From Candidatus Eiseniibacteriota bacterium (GTDB taxonomy: Bacteria > Eisenbacteria > RBG-16-71-46 > CAVPCR01): 64,000 bases of DNA. Positions 30,143-41,456 of the stretch are shown in pieces. How positions within the stretch are numbered: position 1 is the stretch's first letter; each line of letters starts with the position of its first letter. The stretch spans positions 1,408,001 to 1,472,000 of the forward strand of contig CAWGMA010000001.1 of assembly GCA_963823555.1 (NCBI GenBank), read 5' to 3'. Below the pieces are notes generated by a model, which had not been told where the DNA came from, searched no databases, and was given only the letters and a program-made list of their open reading frames with translations. The position numbers and the translations under genes were made by a program.

Positions 30143-31778
30143 TCAGTCACCGGGAGCGATGACGACGGGAAGCTCGACCGCATGCACCCAGGTCACCGTC
30201 GGCTCGCGCGCGAGCTGGGCTCTGGCCGCATCGGGGAGCGGCGAGTCGATGTTGATCACGGTCAACGCATCCCTCGCCGCGCTCGCCGCGGCGGCCCCAT
30301 GTCAGAAATCCGATGTTGATCTGGTGCTCGCCGAGAATCGTGCCGATGCGCCCGACGACGCCGGGCACATCCTTGTTCTTGAGCAGGATCATGGCCCCGG
30401 CGGGACTGGCATCGATGGAGTAGTCATCGACCGCGGTCAAGCGGTAGCTCAGATCGCGCCGCAGGGTCCCGCAGACGGTATGGTGCGTGCCTTCGCTCTC
30501 GACCTCGATCGCGACCAGACTCGTGAACTCGCCGGCATCGTCAGCCCGGGTGTGCTCGACCTGGACATGGCGTTCCTTCAAGATGGCGCGGCAGTTCACG
30601 TAGTTCGCGCGATCGCCGAACGTGGGGGAAAGCAACCCCTTGTAGATCCCGAGGGCCAGCACCTCGGTGTCGAGATCGGCTACATCCCCGGCGAATCGGA
30701 CCCGCACCGAGCGCATGGGGCCCTCGGCGAGCTGGGCCTGCATCGCGCCCAGGCGCTCACCGAGGCGGAGGAAGGGCCAGGCCCGCTCCATGAGCTCGGG
30801 GGGCAGGGACGGCAGGTTGACGGCATTGCGCGCCGGGTGACCCTGGAGATAGTCCCGCAGCTGCTCGGCGACGGTGAGCGCCACGAGCTCCTGGGCCTCG
30901 CGCGTCGAGGCCCCGAGGTGGGGCGTGACGATGACGTCATCGCGGTGGAGGAGCGGATGGTCCGCCGGCGGGGGTTCGGTCTCGAACACGTCGAGGGCCG
31001 CTCCTGCCACGCGCCCGGCTTCGAGAGCGGCGTGGAGCGCCGCTTCATCGACGATCCCGCCGCGGGACACGTTGACGATGAGGACGCCGGGTTTCATCTG
31101 GGCAAGGGCCCCCGCGTCGATCAGATGGCGCGTGGTCGTGGTGAGCGGCAAGTGGAACGTGATGATATCCGCGGTCGCGAGCACGGCGTCGAAGCCCATC
31201 ATCTCGGCGTCGGGGATCTCGAGCTCGCGCGGGGCGAGGAAGGGATCGTGGATCGCGAGCCGCATGCCGAAGGCCGAGGCCCGGCGTCCGACCTCGCGTC
31301 CGATGCGACCGTAACCGATGAGACCCAGGGTCTTGCCGCGAAGCTCGACTCCGAGGAAGCGACCGCGCTGCCACTCCCCCGCCTTGAGCGAGCGATCCGC
31401 GGATGGGATCCGGCGCGCGAGCGCCAGCATCAGGGCCATGGTGTGCTCGGTGGCGGCGATCGTGTTCCCGCTCGGGGCGTTCATGACGACGATGCCGCGG
31501 GCGGTGGCCGCCTCGACATCGACATTGTCGACGCCCGTGCCGGCGCGAGCGATCACCTTGAGATGGGCGCCGGCCTCGATCACGGCCCGCGTCACCCGTG
31601 TCCCGCTGCGGACGATGAGGGCTTCGCAGTCGGCGATCTCGCGGAGGAGCTCTTCGCCCTCGAGGCCGGGGTGATAGCGGACCTCGATCGCGGGCTCGGT
31701 GCGGAGCAGCTCGAGGCACTCGGGGACGACCGTATCGGTGATGAGAACCGGGGAACGGTGGGGGCTGGCGCCTGTCAT
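30143..31778 (-). CDS. serA: D-3-phosphoglycerate dehydrogenase (frameshift near 30271 in the ACT domain)
   Basis: RAGTGVDNVD, GYGRIG, DVFETEP, TPHLGAST, ASB and ACT domains. The ACT domain continues (ALTVINIDS...) in the shifted frame to a stop near 30143. Confidence 0.93.
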
Positions 31779-31831
31779 CGTCGGCCTCCTCGACGGCGGC
31801 GGGAACGGACCGCGTGGATCACGCCGGGCGC

Positions 31832-31871
31832 ATAAAAGCCCGGAACCCTTCTCTTACAATGGGTTCCGGGC
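31832..31871 (-). terminator. intrinsic terminator after tRNA-Ala
   Basis: 11-bp stem gcccggaaccc/gggttccgggc followed by TTTT on the minus strand. Confidence 0.75.
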
Positions 31872-31885
31872 CTCGGTTCGACTGG

Positions 31886-31961
31886 TGGTGGAGCTGACGG
31901 GGATCGAACCCGTGACCTCTTGTCTGCCAGACAAGCGCTCTCCCATCTGAGCTACAGCCCC
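31886..31961 (-). tRNA. tRNA-Ala (GGC)
   Basis: GGGGCTGTAGCTCAG...cttgt-CTGGCAG-acaag...GGTTCGATCC...CTCCACCA, 76 nt. Confidence 0.97.
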
Positions 31962-32061
31962 ACTCGAAGTCTTCGGGAGCGAGCGAGCGACGGTAGCCGG
32001 ATATCCGGGCCCCGGTCAACCGGGAAAAGCGGTGCTCCGAGCTGGAGCCCGATGGCGGGGT

Positions 32062-32147
32062 TGGTGCCGGAGGCGGGACTTGAACCCGCATGACCGTGAG
32101 GTCACCGCCTTTTGAGGGCGGCGTGTCTACCATTCCACCACTCCGGC
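32062..32147 (-). tRNA. tRNA-Leu (CAA)
   Basis: GCCGGAGTGGTGGAATGGTAGAC...ccgcc-CTCAAAA-ggcgg, long variable arm, GGTTCAAGTCC, CCA end, 86 nt. Confidence 0.96.
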
Positions 32148-32341
32148 ACTGTCTTGGTCTCACGTGAGTATCACGCTTTGCGTCGCCCGGCAAGCCAGGC
32201 CTGCGGAGGAACCCATCGCCGGGAAGCGCCGCCTGGACCATTCCGCCGCCATCGGCTACCATGGTTGAGGTGCCCCTCCCGATCGCGGATCCCACGCCGC
32301 TCGCTCTTATCAAGCCAGGCCGCCACGGAGTCCAGACCATC

Positions 32342-34150
32342 ATGCAGGCGATGACCCCGCCCATCACTCGCGCGCAGCGCGTTGTCCTCCTTGCCCTTGC
32401 CCTGTCGACGCTGGCAGCGACGAACATCCTGGCGGCCCCCTTCGACCATCCCTGGGCCATCGCCCCGCGCGACCCGGCGACGCTGGCCGTGGATCTCGAC
32501 CGTCTGGCCGCGCGACCGGCCGGGTCGGACGGCCCAGTCTGGGTCACGTTCAGGGACAAGGGCATCGACTCCGACCAGAGCTTCGCCCGGGCGAGGGCGG
32601 CCGCCACCGCGGCCCTCTGCCCGGCTGCCCGTGCTCGCCGCGCGGTCGTTGGCGGCAGCGAGCTCGTCGACTACCTGGACCTGCCGGTGCGCCCCGACTA
32701 TGTGGCGGCCGTGGTCGCCACCGGCGCCCGCCTCCGGCATGTGAGCCGGTGGCTCAACGCCGTGAGCGTCGAGGCAAGCACGGCCGAGCTCGAGCGGATA
32801 GCCGCATTGCCCGGTGTCGCGCGTCTCACCCCGGTGGCCCGGGGTCGCCGTTCGCCGCTTCCCGAGCCGATACCGGCGTCCGGGGCTCCCGATGCGGGCG
32901 CCGGCGCCAGCCTTCTCGACTATGGGTCCTCCCTGGCTCAGCTGGCCGAGATCCAGGTGACCGCTGTCCACGATCTGGGCTACTCCGGGCAGGGGGTCAT
33001 CGTCTGCATGCTCGATACCGGCTTCTACAAGGACCATGAGGCCTTCGCCAGCATCATCAACGACGGACGGTTGATCGCTGAGCGCGATTTCATCAACGGC
33101 GACTGGAACACGCAGAACGAACCCGGCGACCCCAGCTCGCAGCACAACCACGGCACGTACACCTGGTCCGCCCTGGGCGGGGAATCACCGGGCGAGCTCT
33201 ACGGGCCGGCCTATGGCGCCACGTTCGCCATCGCCAAGACGGAGGACGTCTCCGACGAGCAACCCATCGAGGAGGACTTCTGGCTCGCGGCGAGCGAGTG
33301 GGCGGATTCGCTGGGCGCGAATGTCATCTCGAGTTCCCTCGCCTATCTCGACTGGTACACGTATGAGGACATGGACGGCAATACGGCGGTCACCACGAAC
33401 GCAGCCGACATCGCTGCCAGCCGGAACATCCTGGTCTCGAACTCGGCGGCCAACGAAGGCAACTCACCGTGGCATTACATCGCGGCTCCGGCCGACGCGG
33501 ATTCCATCCTCGCCGTCGGAGCGACCGACAGCGATAACGTGGTGGCGAGCTTCTCGTCGTGGGGTCCGACCTACGACGGGCGGATCAAGCCGGACGTCTG
33601 TGCGCGCGGGGTAGGTACCCGATGCGCCACGTCCCAGAGCACGAGCTCCTACGGCGGGGTCTCCGGCACCTCGCTTTCGGCGCCGCTCGTCGGCGGAGCG
33701 ATCGCCCTGGTCATGGAGGCCCGCCCGACCTGGAGCGCCTGGCAGGTGCGGCGGGCGCTCATGCTCACGGCGGATACCGCGGCCGACCCCGACAACCACC
33801 GTGGCTTCGGTCGGATCCGCGTGCTCGACGCCATTGATTTCTCGACCGTGGCCCTCGATCCGCAGTTAACTTCCCCGACGGCCGCTGCGCTTCGCATCGG
33901 CCCCAATCCCCTGGTGTTGCCCGCGGCGATCGACCTCGATCTCACCGCGAGCGGCCGGGTCGTCATCGATCTCTATGGCGCCGGCGGGCGTCATGTGACT
34001 CGCCTTGCCGAGCGCCACGCGGGTGCCGGTACGCTTCGACTCACCTGGGACGGCCGAGTCAACGGGCAGCGGGTGCCGGCTGGGGTGTACCTGGTGCGTG
34101 CCCGCGGTGAGGGTCTGGACGCGCGAGCCAAGGTCGTTCTCACCCGCTGA
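32342..34150 (+). CDS. secreted S8 subtilisin-like serine peptidase with FlgD-Ig/T9SS-CTD-like C-terminus
   Basis: MLDTG, HGT, SAANEG, IKPDVCA.G, GTSLSAP. Tail PNP..IDLY...GR....TWDG....AGVYLVR...KVVL. Start approximate. Confidence 0.92.
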   Translation: MQAMTPPITRAQRVVLLALALSTLAATNILAAPFDHPWAIAPRDPATLAVDLDRLAARPAGSDGPVWVTFRDKGIDSDQSFARARAAATAALCPAARARRAVVGGSELVDYLDLPVRPDYVAAVVATGARLRHVSRWLNAVSVEASTAELERIAALPGVARLTPVARGRRSPLPEPIPASGAPDAGAGASLLDYGSSLAQLAEIQVTAVHDLGYSGQGVIVCMLDTGFYKDHEAFASIINDGRLIAERDFINGDWNTQNEPGDPSSQHNHGTYTWSALGGESPGELYGPAYGATFAIAKTEDVSDEQPIEEDFWLAASEWADSLGANVISSSLAYLDWYTYEDMDGNTAVTTNAADIAASRNILVSNSAANEGNSPWHYIAAPADADSILAVGATDSDNVVASFSSWGPTYDGRIKPDVCARGVGTRCATSQSTSSYGGVSGTSLSAPLVGGAIALVMEARPTWSAWQVRRALMLTADTAADPDNHRGFGRIRVLDAIDFSTVALDPQLTSPTAAALRIGPNPLVLPAAIDLDLTASGRVVIDLYGAGGRHVTRLAERHAGAGTLRLTWDGRVNGQRVPAGVYLVRARGEGLDARAKVVLTR

Positions 34151-34175
34151 GCCGAGATCCCGATCCGGCAGTCGA

Positions 34176-35290
34176 CTAGCCGATCGTCTTCTTGAAGCGG
34201 GTGGCCGCAACCGCGAGGAGCGTGCCCCCGATTACCAAGAGGGCCAGGTCCTCTGGCCACAGGGCATCGATACCGGCTCCCTTCAGGAAGATCCCGCGCA
34301 CGATCACCAGGTAGTGACGCATCGGGTTGACGAGCGTCAGCCACTGGAAGATCTCGGGCATGCTCGACACCGGGAACATGAACCCGGACAGCAGCATCGT
34401 CGGCATGAAGACCAGGAAGCTCGACAGGAAGGCCTCCTGCTGGGTGTTCGAGACGGTCGAGATGAGAAGCCCGATCCCGAGTCCCGAGAGCAGATAGAGC
34501 AGACTCGCTCCGACCAGATGGAGCCAGTTGCCCATGAAGGGCACGCGGAACCAGAGGAGGGCGACCGCCGTGATGAGGGCGAGATCGAGCAGCCCGATCA
34601 GCGCGAACGGGATCGTCTTGCCGGCGATGAGCTCGCGCGCCGTGAGCGGGCTCACCATCAGCTGCTCGAGGGTGCCGATCTCGCGCTCCCGCACCACCGC
34701 CAGCGCGGTCAGGATGAGGCAGATGAGCATCATGATGGCGCCCATGACCGCGGGCACGTTGTAGTTGCGGCTCTCGAGGTCGGGGTTGAACCAGGCGCGC
34801 TCGCGCAGCTCGATCGGCGGCCCCAGCGCGCGGCCTCGGGTGCCGACATCGAGGACGATGCGCTCGGCGTAGCCCTTGGCGACTGTCGCCACGTTCGAGT
34901 TGGTGCCGTCGACGAGGACCTGGACCTCCGCCTGCCCGCGGGCCAGGTCGCGGGCGTAACCGGCCGGGATCTCGATCGCGACGATCGCCGTGCCGTGGTC
35001 GAGGGCGCGGACCAGGTCCGCCGAACGCGACCCGACAGCGACCACGCGGAAGTACCCCGAGCGGTGAGGGTGGCCAGGAGGTCGCGTGATTCGCGGGTCC
35101 GGTCGTGGTCGACGACGATGGTGGCCGTGTGGCGGACGTCGGTCGACACGGCGTAGCCGAAGATCAGGAGCTGGATGATCGGCGCCACGATCACCAGGCG
35201 CGCCAGGCGCGGGTCGCGGAAGATCTGCAGGAACTCCTTGCGGACCATCTCGGCGATGCGCTCGCCGCCCGGGCGCCGGCGATTCCTCAT
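34176..35290 (-). CDS. ABC-2 permease (YbhR-like; frameshift near 35062)
   Basis: RKEFLQIFRD..., WFNPDLES, VREREIGTLEQL, LLSGFMFP. Confidence 0.88.
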
Positions 35291-35305
35291 GGCTGGCGCG
35301 CCCAC

Positions 35306-36423
35306 CTAGAGCTCCTTCCGGAAGACCCGCACGGCCAGCGACAGGCCGACGGCGGCGAACAGAACCATCAACAGGCCCTGGACGTAGAGCACGTCGATGC
35401 CGACCCCCTTGAGGAAGATGCCGCGCGTCACGACCAGGAAGTAGCGCGCCGGGACGAGAAAGGTGAACAGCTGCAGCGGCTTCGGCATGACCTCGATCGC
35501 GAACATGAAGCCGGAGAGCAGAAAGGCGGGAAGGAAGGTGACGATCATCGCCATCTGCGTGGCGAGCAGCTGCGAACGGGCCACCGCCGAGATGAACATG
35601 CCGAGACCCAGGGCACCCACCAGAAAGAAGAAGGAGAGAATGAGGAGGAGAACCGGGTCCCCGCGGAAGGGCACGCCGAAGAGGAGCACGCCAAGAACCG
35701 CGATCGCCACCACATCGACGAGGCCGATGACCAGATACGGGAGCAGCTTGCCGAGGACGACCTCGAGCCGTGTCACCGGCGTGGCCGCGAGCTGCTCCAT
35801 CGTGCCGCGTTCCCACTCGCGCGCGATCGTCAGCGAGGTCAGCATGGCGGCGATGATCATCATGATCACGGCGATCAGCCCGGGGACGATCATGTTGCGG
35901 CTGCGCAATTCCTCGTTGTACCAGACCCGGCTCCGGGCCGCGAGCGGGGGCCTGGTCACTCTCCCGGCGAGGACGGCGCGGCGGGAGAAGTCGCTGACGA
36001 TGGCCTGGGCGTAGGCGAGGGCGATGGTCGCGGTGTTGGCGTCGCTCCCGTCGACGATCGCCTGCACGGTCGCCGTGCGACCGGCGCCGATGTCGGCGGC
36101 GAAGTCGACGGGGATGACGATCCCGATCAGGATCCGGCCGCGGTCGAGCAAGGAGGGCAGATCGCCGCGCCGTGCCGGGGCGGCAACCAGGGTGAAATAC
36201 CCGGAGCTGCTGAAGGCATCGATGAGGCTGCGGCTCGTCGGGATGCGTCCTGATCGACCACGGCGAGGCGGATCTCGTCGACATCCCAGGTGATGGCGTA
36301 GCCGAAGAGAATGAGGAGCAGGATCGGCAGAACGAAGGCGAGGATCAGGCTGCGCAGGTCGCGCCGGAGCTGGATCAGCTCCTTGCGGGCCACGGCCACA
36401 AGTCGCATCCGACTCAACCGCAT
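35306..36423 (-). CDS. ABC-2 permease (YbhS-like; frameshift near 36241)
   Basis: ARKELIQLRRD..., WYNEELRS, AREWERGTMEQL. Confidence 0.88.
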
Positions 36424-36436
36424 CGCTTCCTCCCCC

Positions 36437-37400
36437 TCAGTCGACCGCCGCCCCGCCGGCGGCCAGCACACGGGCGATGAAGACATCCTCGAGAGATGGG
36501 GCGATTTCCTCGCTGGCCTGAGCCTCGATGCCGGCGGCGGTCAGGCGCTCGGCGATGGCGCTCCGCGCCTGATCGAGGTCGGACACCGTCAGGTGGACCG
36601 CGCGCCCGAAGATGCCCGCGGCGATCACTCCCGGCGCGTCGGCGAGGATCTCGACCGCGCGCGGGCTCGATGCGGTCCGCACCTCGAGGATCGGCGATGC
36701 CATGCTGGCGCGGAGCGCGGCCGGCGAGTCGAGAGCGATCAGCCGACCGCGATTCATGAGGGCCAGCCGGTGGCAGTACTCGGCCTCCTCCATGTAGTGC
36801 GTGGTGACGAAGACGGTGGTGCCCCGGTCGGCGAGGTCGTAGATCAGGTCCCAGAAACTCCGGCGCGAGATCGGATCGACGCCCGAGGTCGGCTCGTCGA
36901 GGAAGAGAATCGGCGGTTCGTGCAGCACGGCGCAGCCCAGCGCCAGGCGCTGCTTCCAGCCGAGCGGGAGCTCGCCGGTGAGCCGGGTGCGCTGATCGCC
37001 GAGGCCGGCCATCTCGAGCACCCAGTCCCGCCGCTCCTGCCGGCGGGTGCGAGGCACGCCGTAGAGTCCGGAGAAGAACGCGATGTTCTCCTCGACCGTG
37101 AGATCGGCGTAGAGCGAGAAGAGCTGGGACATGTAGCCGATCCGGTGCTTGATCGCCTCGGTCTGGGTCCGGAGATCGAATCCGGCGACCTGCCCCTCCC
37201 CCGCGGACGGGGCCAGAAGCCCGGTGAGCATCTTGATGGTCGTCGTCTTGCCGGCGCCGTTGGGACCGAGGAAGCCGAAGATCTCTCCTTGTCGACGCTG
37301 AAGGTGACGTGGTCGACGGCGATGAAGCGCCGAAGCTGCGCGTCAGGTCCTTGACGGCCACGGCGGGCTCGTCCCGGCCGGGATGCGTGCCCTGGCTCAT
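36437..37400 (-). CDS. ABC transporter ATP-binding protein (two indels near 37329 and 37288)
   Basis: FGFLGPNGAGKTT once the frame is corrected, LPLGWKQRL, LFLDEPTSGVDP, TTHYMEEAE. Confidence 0.88.
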
Positions 37401-38335
37401 GATGCCTCCCGGGCGGAGACGAGATCGATGAAGACGTCCTCCATCGAAGGCTCGCCCGGCAGCACGTCCACGATGGCGCATCCGGCGCGGCTGAGGCCGG
37501 CGGCGATGAGCGGAGCCGCGGCTCGCGCCTCGGCCACCGTGAGATGCAGGCGGTCGCCGAAGATCGCCGCTCGCTCCACTTCTGGAAGCGCGCGGGCCGC
37601 GGCTCGGGCGCGACGCGGATCTTCGCACTCGACGACCAGCAGGCGGCCGGCGAGTCGAGACATCAATGCTCCGGGCGTGTCGACCGCGAGCAAGCGTCCG
37701 CCATCGAGAAGAGCCACCCGATCGAAACGTTCGGCCTCGTCCATGTAGGCGGTCGAGACGATGGTGGTGACGCCGGCCGCCACCATGTCGTGCACGATGA
37801 GCCACAGGTCGCGACGGGAGATCGGATCGACGCCGAAGGTCGGTTCGTCGAGGAGGAGGATCTCCGGCGTGTGAATCAAGGCACAGGAGAGCCCGAGCTT
37901 CTGCTTCATGCCTCCCGAGAGCTTTCCGGCCAGACGGTCGGCGAAGGGTCCGAGATTCGAGAACGGAAAGAGGCGCTCGATCCGGGCTTCGCGCTCGGCT
38001 CGGGGCACCTCGTAGAGGTCGGCGTAGAAGTCCAGGTTCTCTCGCACGGTGAGATCGGCGTAGAGGCCGAAACGCTGGGACATGTAGGCAATGCGGGTCT
38101 TGACGCCTTCGGGGTCGCGCCCGACGCTCACTCCGCCAACGGTGGCGTCGCCGGCAGTCGGCCGCAGGACTCCGGCGAGCATGCGCAGGGTGGTCGTCTT
38201 GCCGGCGCCGTCCGGCCCGACCAGCCCGAAGAGCTCCCCCCGATCGACGCTGAAGGAGATCTCGTCCACCGCCCTCGTGGCCCGGAAGCAGCGACTGAGA
38301 CTCTGGACGGCGACAGCCTGAGCCCCCCCAGTCAT
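37397..38335 (-). CDS. ABC transporter ATP-binding protein
   Basis: GPDGAGKTT, LSGGMKQKL, LLLDEPT. Confidence 0.93.
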   Translation of the reverse strand: MTGGAQAVAVQSLSRCFRATRAVDEISFSVDRGELFGLVGPDGAGKTTTLRMLAGVLRPTAGDATVGGVSVGRDPEGVKTRIAYMSQRFGLYADLTVRENLDFYADLYEVPRAEREARIERLFPFSNLGPFADRLAGKLSGGMKQKLGLSCALIHTPEILLLDEPTFGVDPISRRDLWLIVHDMVAAGVTTIVSTAYMDEAERFDRVALLDGGRLLAVDTPGALMSRLAGRLLVVECEDPRRARAAARALPEVERAAIFGDRLHLTVAEARAAAPLIAAGLSRAGCAIVDVLPGEPSMEDVFIDLVSAREAS

Positions 38336-39336
38336 GGCGCGAGGTCGATCCGCACGTCGGCCGGCATGCCGGGCTTCAGATCATAGGTGGGGTCATCGGT
38401 GATCCGGACCTTCACGGCATAGACGAGCTTGACCCGCTCCTCGCTGGTCTGCACGTTCTTGGGCGTGAACTCCGCTTCGCTCGCAATGAACACGACCTGC
38501 CCGCCATAGATCCTGTCGGGATAGGTGTCCGCTGTGATCTTCGCCGGCTGCCCGAGCTGGACGGCACCGATCCGGGTCTCCGGGATGTAGATCCGGACCC
38601 AGCGATCGTCCTGGTTCAGGAGACTCAGCACCGGCGATCCCGGAGCGATCACCTCTCCGGGTTCGCGATGACGGACGGTGACGATCCCGGCGAACGGCGC
38701 GCGAATCACCATGTTGTCGAGGGTGGCCTCGACCGCGCGCAGGGCCGCCTCCGCCTGTTCGAGCGCGGCCCGCTGGGCGGCGATGCGCTCGACACGTGGT
38801 CCGCTCCGGACGAGCTCCAGCTGTTCGGCGGCTGCCGCCTCCTGGCTCGCCGCGACCTCGGCTGCCACGGCGGCCTTGTCGAGTACTTCGCGGCTCACGG
38901 CGCCGCCGGCAAAGAGCTCCTGGGCGCGCGTCAAGTCGCGCCGGGCGTCGGTCAGACGTTCGCGCGCTCCGTCGTGGGCGGCGCGCGCCTGCGCTACCTC
39001 CTCGGACCGCGAGCCGGCTTCCATTTCTGTGAGTAGGGCCCGAGCCGCGGCGACCTGGGCCCGCGATTGATCCCGCCGGGCAGCCATCTCGTCCTGGTCG
39101 AGCCGCGCCATCTCGGCAGCGGCTCCGATCCGGTCCCCCTCGCGGGCGGCGATCGCCGCGATGCGCCCCGTCAACTGGAAGCCGAGCTGGGCCTCGGTGG
39201 CCTCCACGGTTCCCGAGGCGGTGAGGATGTTTCCGGGGGCACCGGTGTCCAGGCTTCTCCAGCGCACGAGCAGCGCGATCACGATGATGACAACTGGAAT
39301 CAGGACAAGCAGGCGCCGAAGCGGCTTCCTGGTCAT
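38332..39336 (-). CDS. HlyD-family periplasmic adaptor (YbhG-like)
   Basis: N-terminal TM, ASGTVEA, coiled hairpin, AEFTPKNVQT..ER..LVY.VK. Confidence 0.92.
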   Translation of the reverse strand: MTRKPLRRLLVLIPVVIIVIALLVRWRSLDTGAPGNILTASGTVEATEAQLGFQLTGRIAAIAAREGDRIGAAAEMARLDQDEMAARRDQSRAQVAAARALLTEMEAGSRSEEVAQARAAHDGARERLTDARRDLTRAQELFAGGAVSREVLDKAAVAAEVAASQEAAAAEQLELVRSGPRVERIAAQRAALEQAEAALRAVEATLDNMVIRAPFAGIVTVRHREPGEVIAPGSPVLSLLNQDDRWVRIYIPETRIGAVQLGQPAKITADTYPDRIYGGQVVFIASEAEFTPKNVQTSEERVKLVYAVKVRITDDPTYDLKPGMPADVRIDLAP

Positions 39337-39370
39337 GGCCTCTGTCTCCCGCTCAACTGGGTCAAGGTCC

Positions 39371-40714
39371 TCATGGCGTCGCCCTGGTGGTGAGCTCTGC
39401 CGCGATCCACTCCGGCCCGAGCTCTCCGGTGGTCCGCGCGAGCTCGACGCGGGCCAGGATCTCGGCGTTCCTTGCTTCCGTGAGGCGGGCCCGGGTGGTG
39501 AACAGGCTCGCCTCGGCGTCCAGGTAGTCCGTCTGCGTTCCGGATCCGGCATCGAGCGCCAGCTTCTCGATGCGCGCCACCTCGGCAAAGCGCGCTTCCG
39601 CGGTCTCGAGGCTCCGGACCAGCGCCCGCGCCTGCGTGACCACGGTGCGGGCGCGATCGATGTCGTGAGCGATCTCGAGCTCTGTTGCGCGCAATGCCTC
39701 CCCGGCCCCGCGATGCGCCGCATCGGCCCGGGCGATGTTCTGGCGAATCGCACCGCCGGTGAAGAGGGGCAGCTTGAGCGCCACGCCGGTGCTCCACTCG
39801 GCCGGGAGATTCGCTTCCGGGCTGTTGCGATCGATCCAGTTCCCGAACAGGTCGACGGCAGGCCACCGGGCTCCGCGGGCGGCCGCGCGGCCGGCGTCCG
39901 CAGCAGCGACCTCGGCCCGGGCCTCCTCTCCCCTCGGACTCCGGGCGAGCGCGAGGGCGACGAGCTCGTCGCGCGACGCCACCACGGTGTCAGCGAGGGC
40001 CGGTTGCTCGAGAACACTCGCCCGCGTCGCCTCGAGAGGGGCGTCGATCAGGCGAGCGAGATCCTGCTCGGCCACGTCGAGGGTGGCCGCCAGGCGGACG
40101 TGGTCGGCCTCGGCGTCGGCGATCGCCGCCTCGACCCGCAACACCTCGACGCGCGCGGCGCGGCCCGACTCGAGCAAGCGGATCGCCCGATCGTGCTCGG
40201 CCTGGAGGGCGACGAGTTGCTGCTCTTGCGCAGCCAGGACCTCGTTCGTCGAAAGCACTTCGAGGTAGGTCCTCGCAACGCGCGTGATCAGGAGCTTCTC
40301 GCTGGCATCGCGGCGGGCACCGGCCGCGCCGGCCCGGGCGCGGGCCGAATCGATCTGGCGCCCGCGCGCAAAGCCATCGAAGAGCGTGTAGTCGGCCTGG
40401 AGAGCCGCCTGTAGGTGCGTGCGCTCGAAGGGTGGAATGAGCTCCGGGGTGAAGCCATGGATCGGCGCCACGGCCATCGGCTTCTGATACTGGGTGGCGC
40501 CCGTGGAGAATCCGAGCGTCGGCCAGCGCTGGGCCGCAACCTGTCCCGCCGCGGCCACTGCCTCATCCGCGGCGGCTTCCGCGCTGGCGAGCGCGGGATG
40601 CGTTTCGAGCGCACGGGAAACCGCGAGCTCGAGCGTGAGCGGCTGGGCGCTGACAGCGGACGCGGCCAGCATCGCCAGGACCATGGCGCCGACTGGGCGC
40701 GGGCTCCATGTCAT
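39371..40714 (-). CDS. TolC-family outer membrane efflux protein
   Basis: Signal peptide, LTLE.AV..AL..HP, two OEP repeats (LFDG / LFTGG). Confidence 0.9.
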   Translation of the reverse strand: MTWSPRPVGAMVLAMLAASAVSAQPLTLELAVSRALETHPALASAEAAADEAVAAAGQVAAQRWPTLGFSTGATQYQKPMAVAPIHGFTPELIPPFERTHLQAALQADYTLFDGFARGRQIDSARARAGAAGARRDASEKLLITRVARTYLEVLSTNEVLAAQEQQLVALQAEHDRAIRLLESGRAARVEVLRVEAAIADAEADHVRLAATLDVAEQDLARLIDAPLEATRASVLEQPALADTVVASRDELVALALARSPRGEEARAEVAAADAGRAAARGARWPAVDLFGNWIDRNSPEANLPAEWSTGVALKLPLFTGGAIRQNIARADAAHRGAGEALRATELEIAHDIDRARTVVTQARALVRSLETAEARFAEVARIEKLALDAGSGTQTDYLDAEASLFTTRARLTEARNAEILARVELARTTGELGPEWIAAELTTRATP

Positions 40715-41361
40715 CGCGGGTTCCTCCTTGGCGGCTCGAGGCTGCGGCGAATGAATCGGATCGTGTGCGTGACGAATCGCTCCCGCTGTTCGGGGTCCTC
40801 GGTGTCGAGGGCGAGGACGTCGCGAAGGCGCCGGCGGAGCAGCGTCACATAGACCGGATGCGCCATGATGTTCACGGTCATGAACAGGGGCTCGCCGGGA
40901 ACGATGCTGCCCTCGGCCTGGCCGGCCCGGATCAAGCCCGAGATCGAGCGGGTCACCTGTTGCATCAGATGCCTGAGCGGCGGGGGTACGGGGCGGTTCT
41001 CGGCGAGCTCGCGGATCATGAGCGCAGAGAGATCCCGATGTTCACCCTGGTAGGCGAAGACGGCCCGTATCAGGGCCTCGATCCGATCGATGGGCGGCCT
41101 TGCCGCAGAGGCGCTCGCGCCATTGATGCGCTCCAGCAGCGGGTTGCAGAGAGATGCCAGGACCGCGTGGTAGAGGCCTTCTTTGCCTCCGTAGTGGTAG
41201 GTCACGGCTCCCAGGTTGGCCCGGGCATGGGTGGTGATGGCGCGGACCGACGTCGATTGGTAGCCGTTGCGGGCGAAGAGTCGTCTCCCCGATTCGAGGA
41301 GGGCGGCCGCGGTGCCGCGCCCGCTCGGAATGCTCTTGGGCCGCTCGCGCCTCTCATTCAT
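40711..41361 (-). CDS. TetR/AcrR-family regulator (CecR-like)
   Basis: LFARNGYQSTSVRAIT..A.ANLGAVTYHYGGKEGLY. Heads the efflux operon. Confidence 0.92.
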   Translation of the reverse strand: MNERRERPKSIPSGRGTAAALLESGRRLFARNGYQSTSVRAITTHARANLGAVTYHYGGKEGLYHAVLASLCNPLLERINGASASAARPPIDRIEALIRAVFAYQGEHRDLSALMIRELAENRPVPPPLRHLMQQVTRSISGLIRAGQAEGSIVPGEPLFMTVNIMAHPVYVTLLRRRLRDVLALDTEDPEQRERFVTHTIRFIRRSLEPPRRNPR

Positions 41362-41373
41362 ACATTTGTATGA
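41358..41373. promoter_or_regulatory. putative TetR operator
   Basis: AT-rich perfect inverted repeat TCATACA-TT-TGTATGA overlapping the tetR start codon, just downstream of a TTGCCA -35-like hexamer. Confidence 0.7.
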
Positions 41374-41456
41374 TTACCGCAGGCGGACGGGTCTGGCAAG
41401 GGGAATCCTGGTGGTGGGGTGGTCGCGCGGGCCGGCCGACTGCCGGTTCCCGGCGC

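Noticed and set aside
28911..31835. 974-aa plus-strand ORF
   Set aside because: Antisense shadow of serA and the M16 gene.
31886..32147. tRNA-anchored genomic island or prophage
   Set aside because: No integrase, no duplicated tRNA 3' end noticed, and no evident compositional shift in the flanks.
34176..36284. 702-aa ORF appearing to fuse the two permeases
   Set aside because: The N-terminal part is an off-frame read-through created by the indel near 35062.
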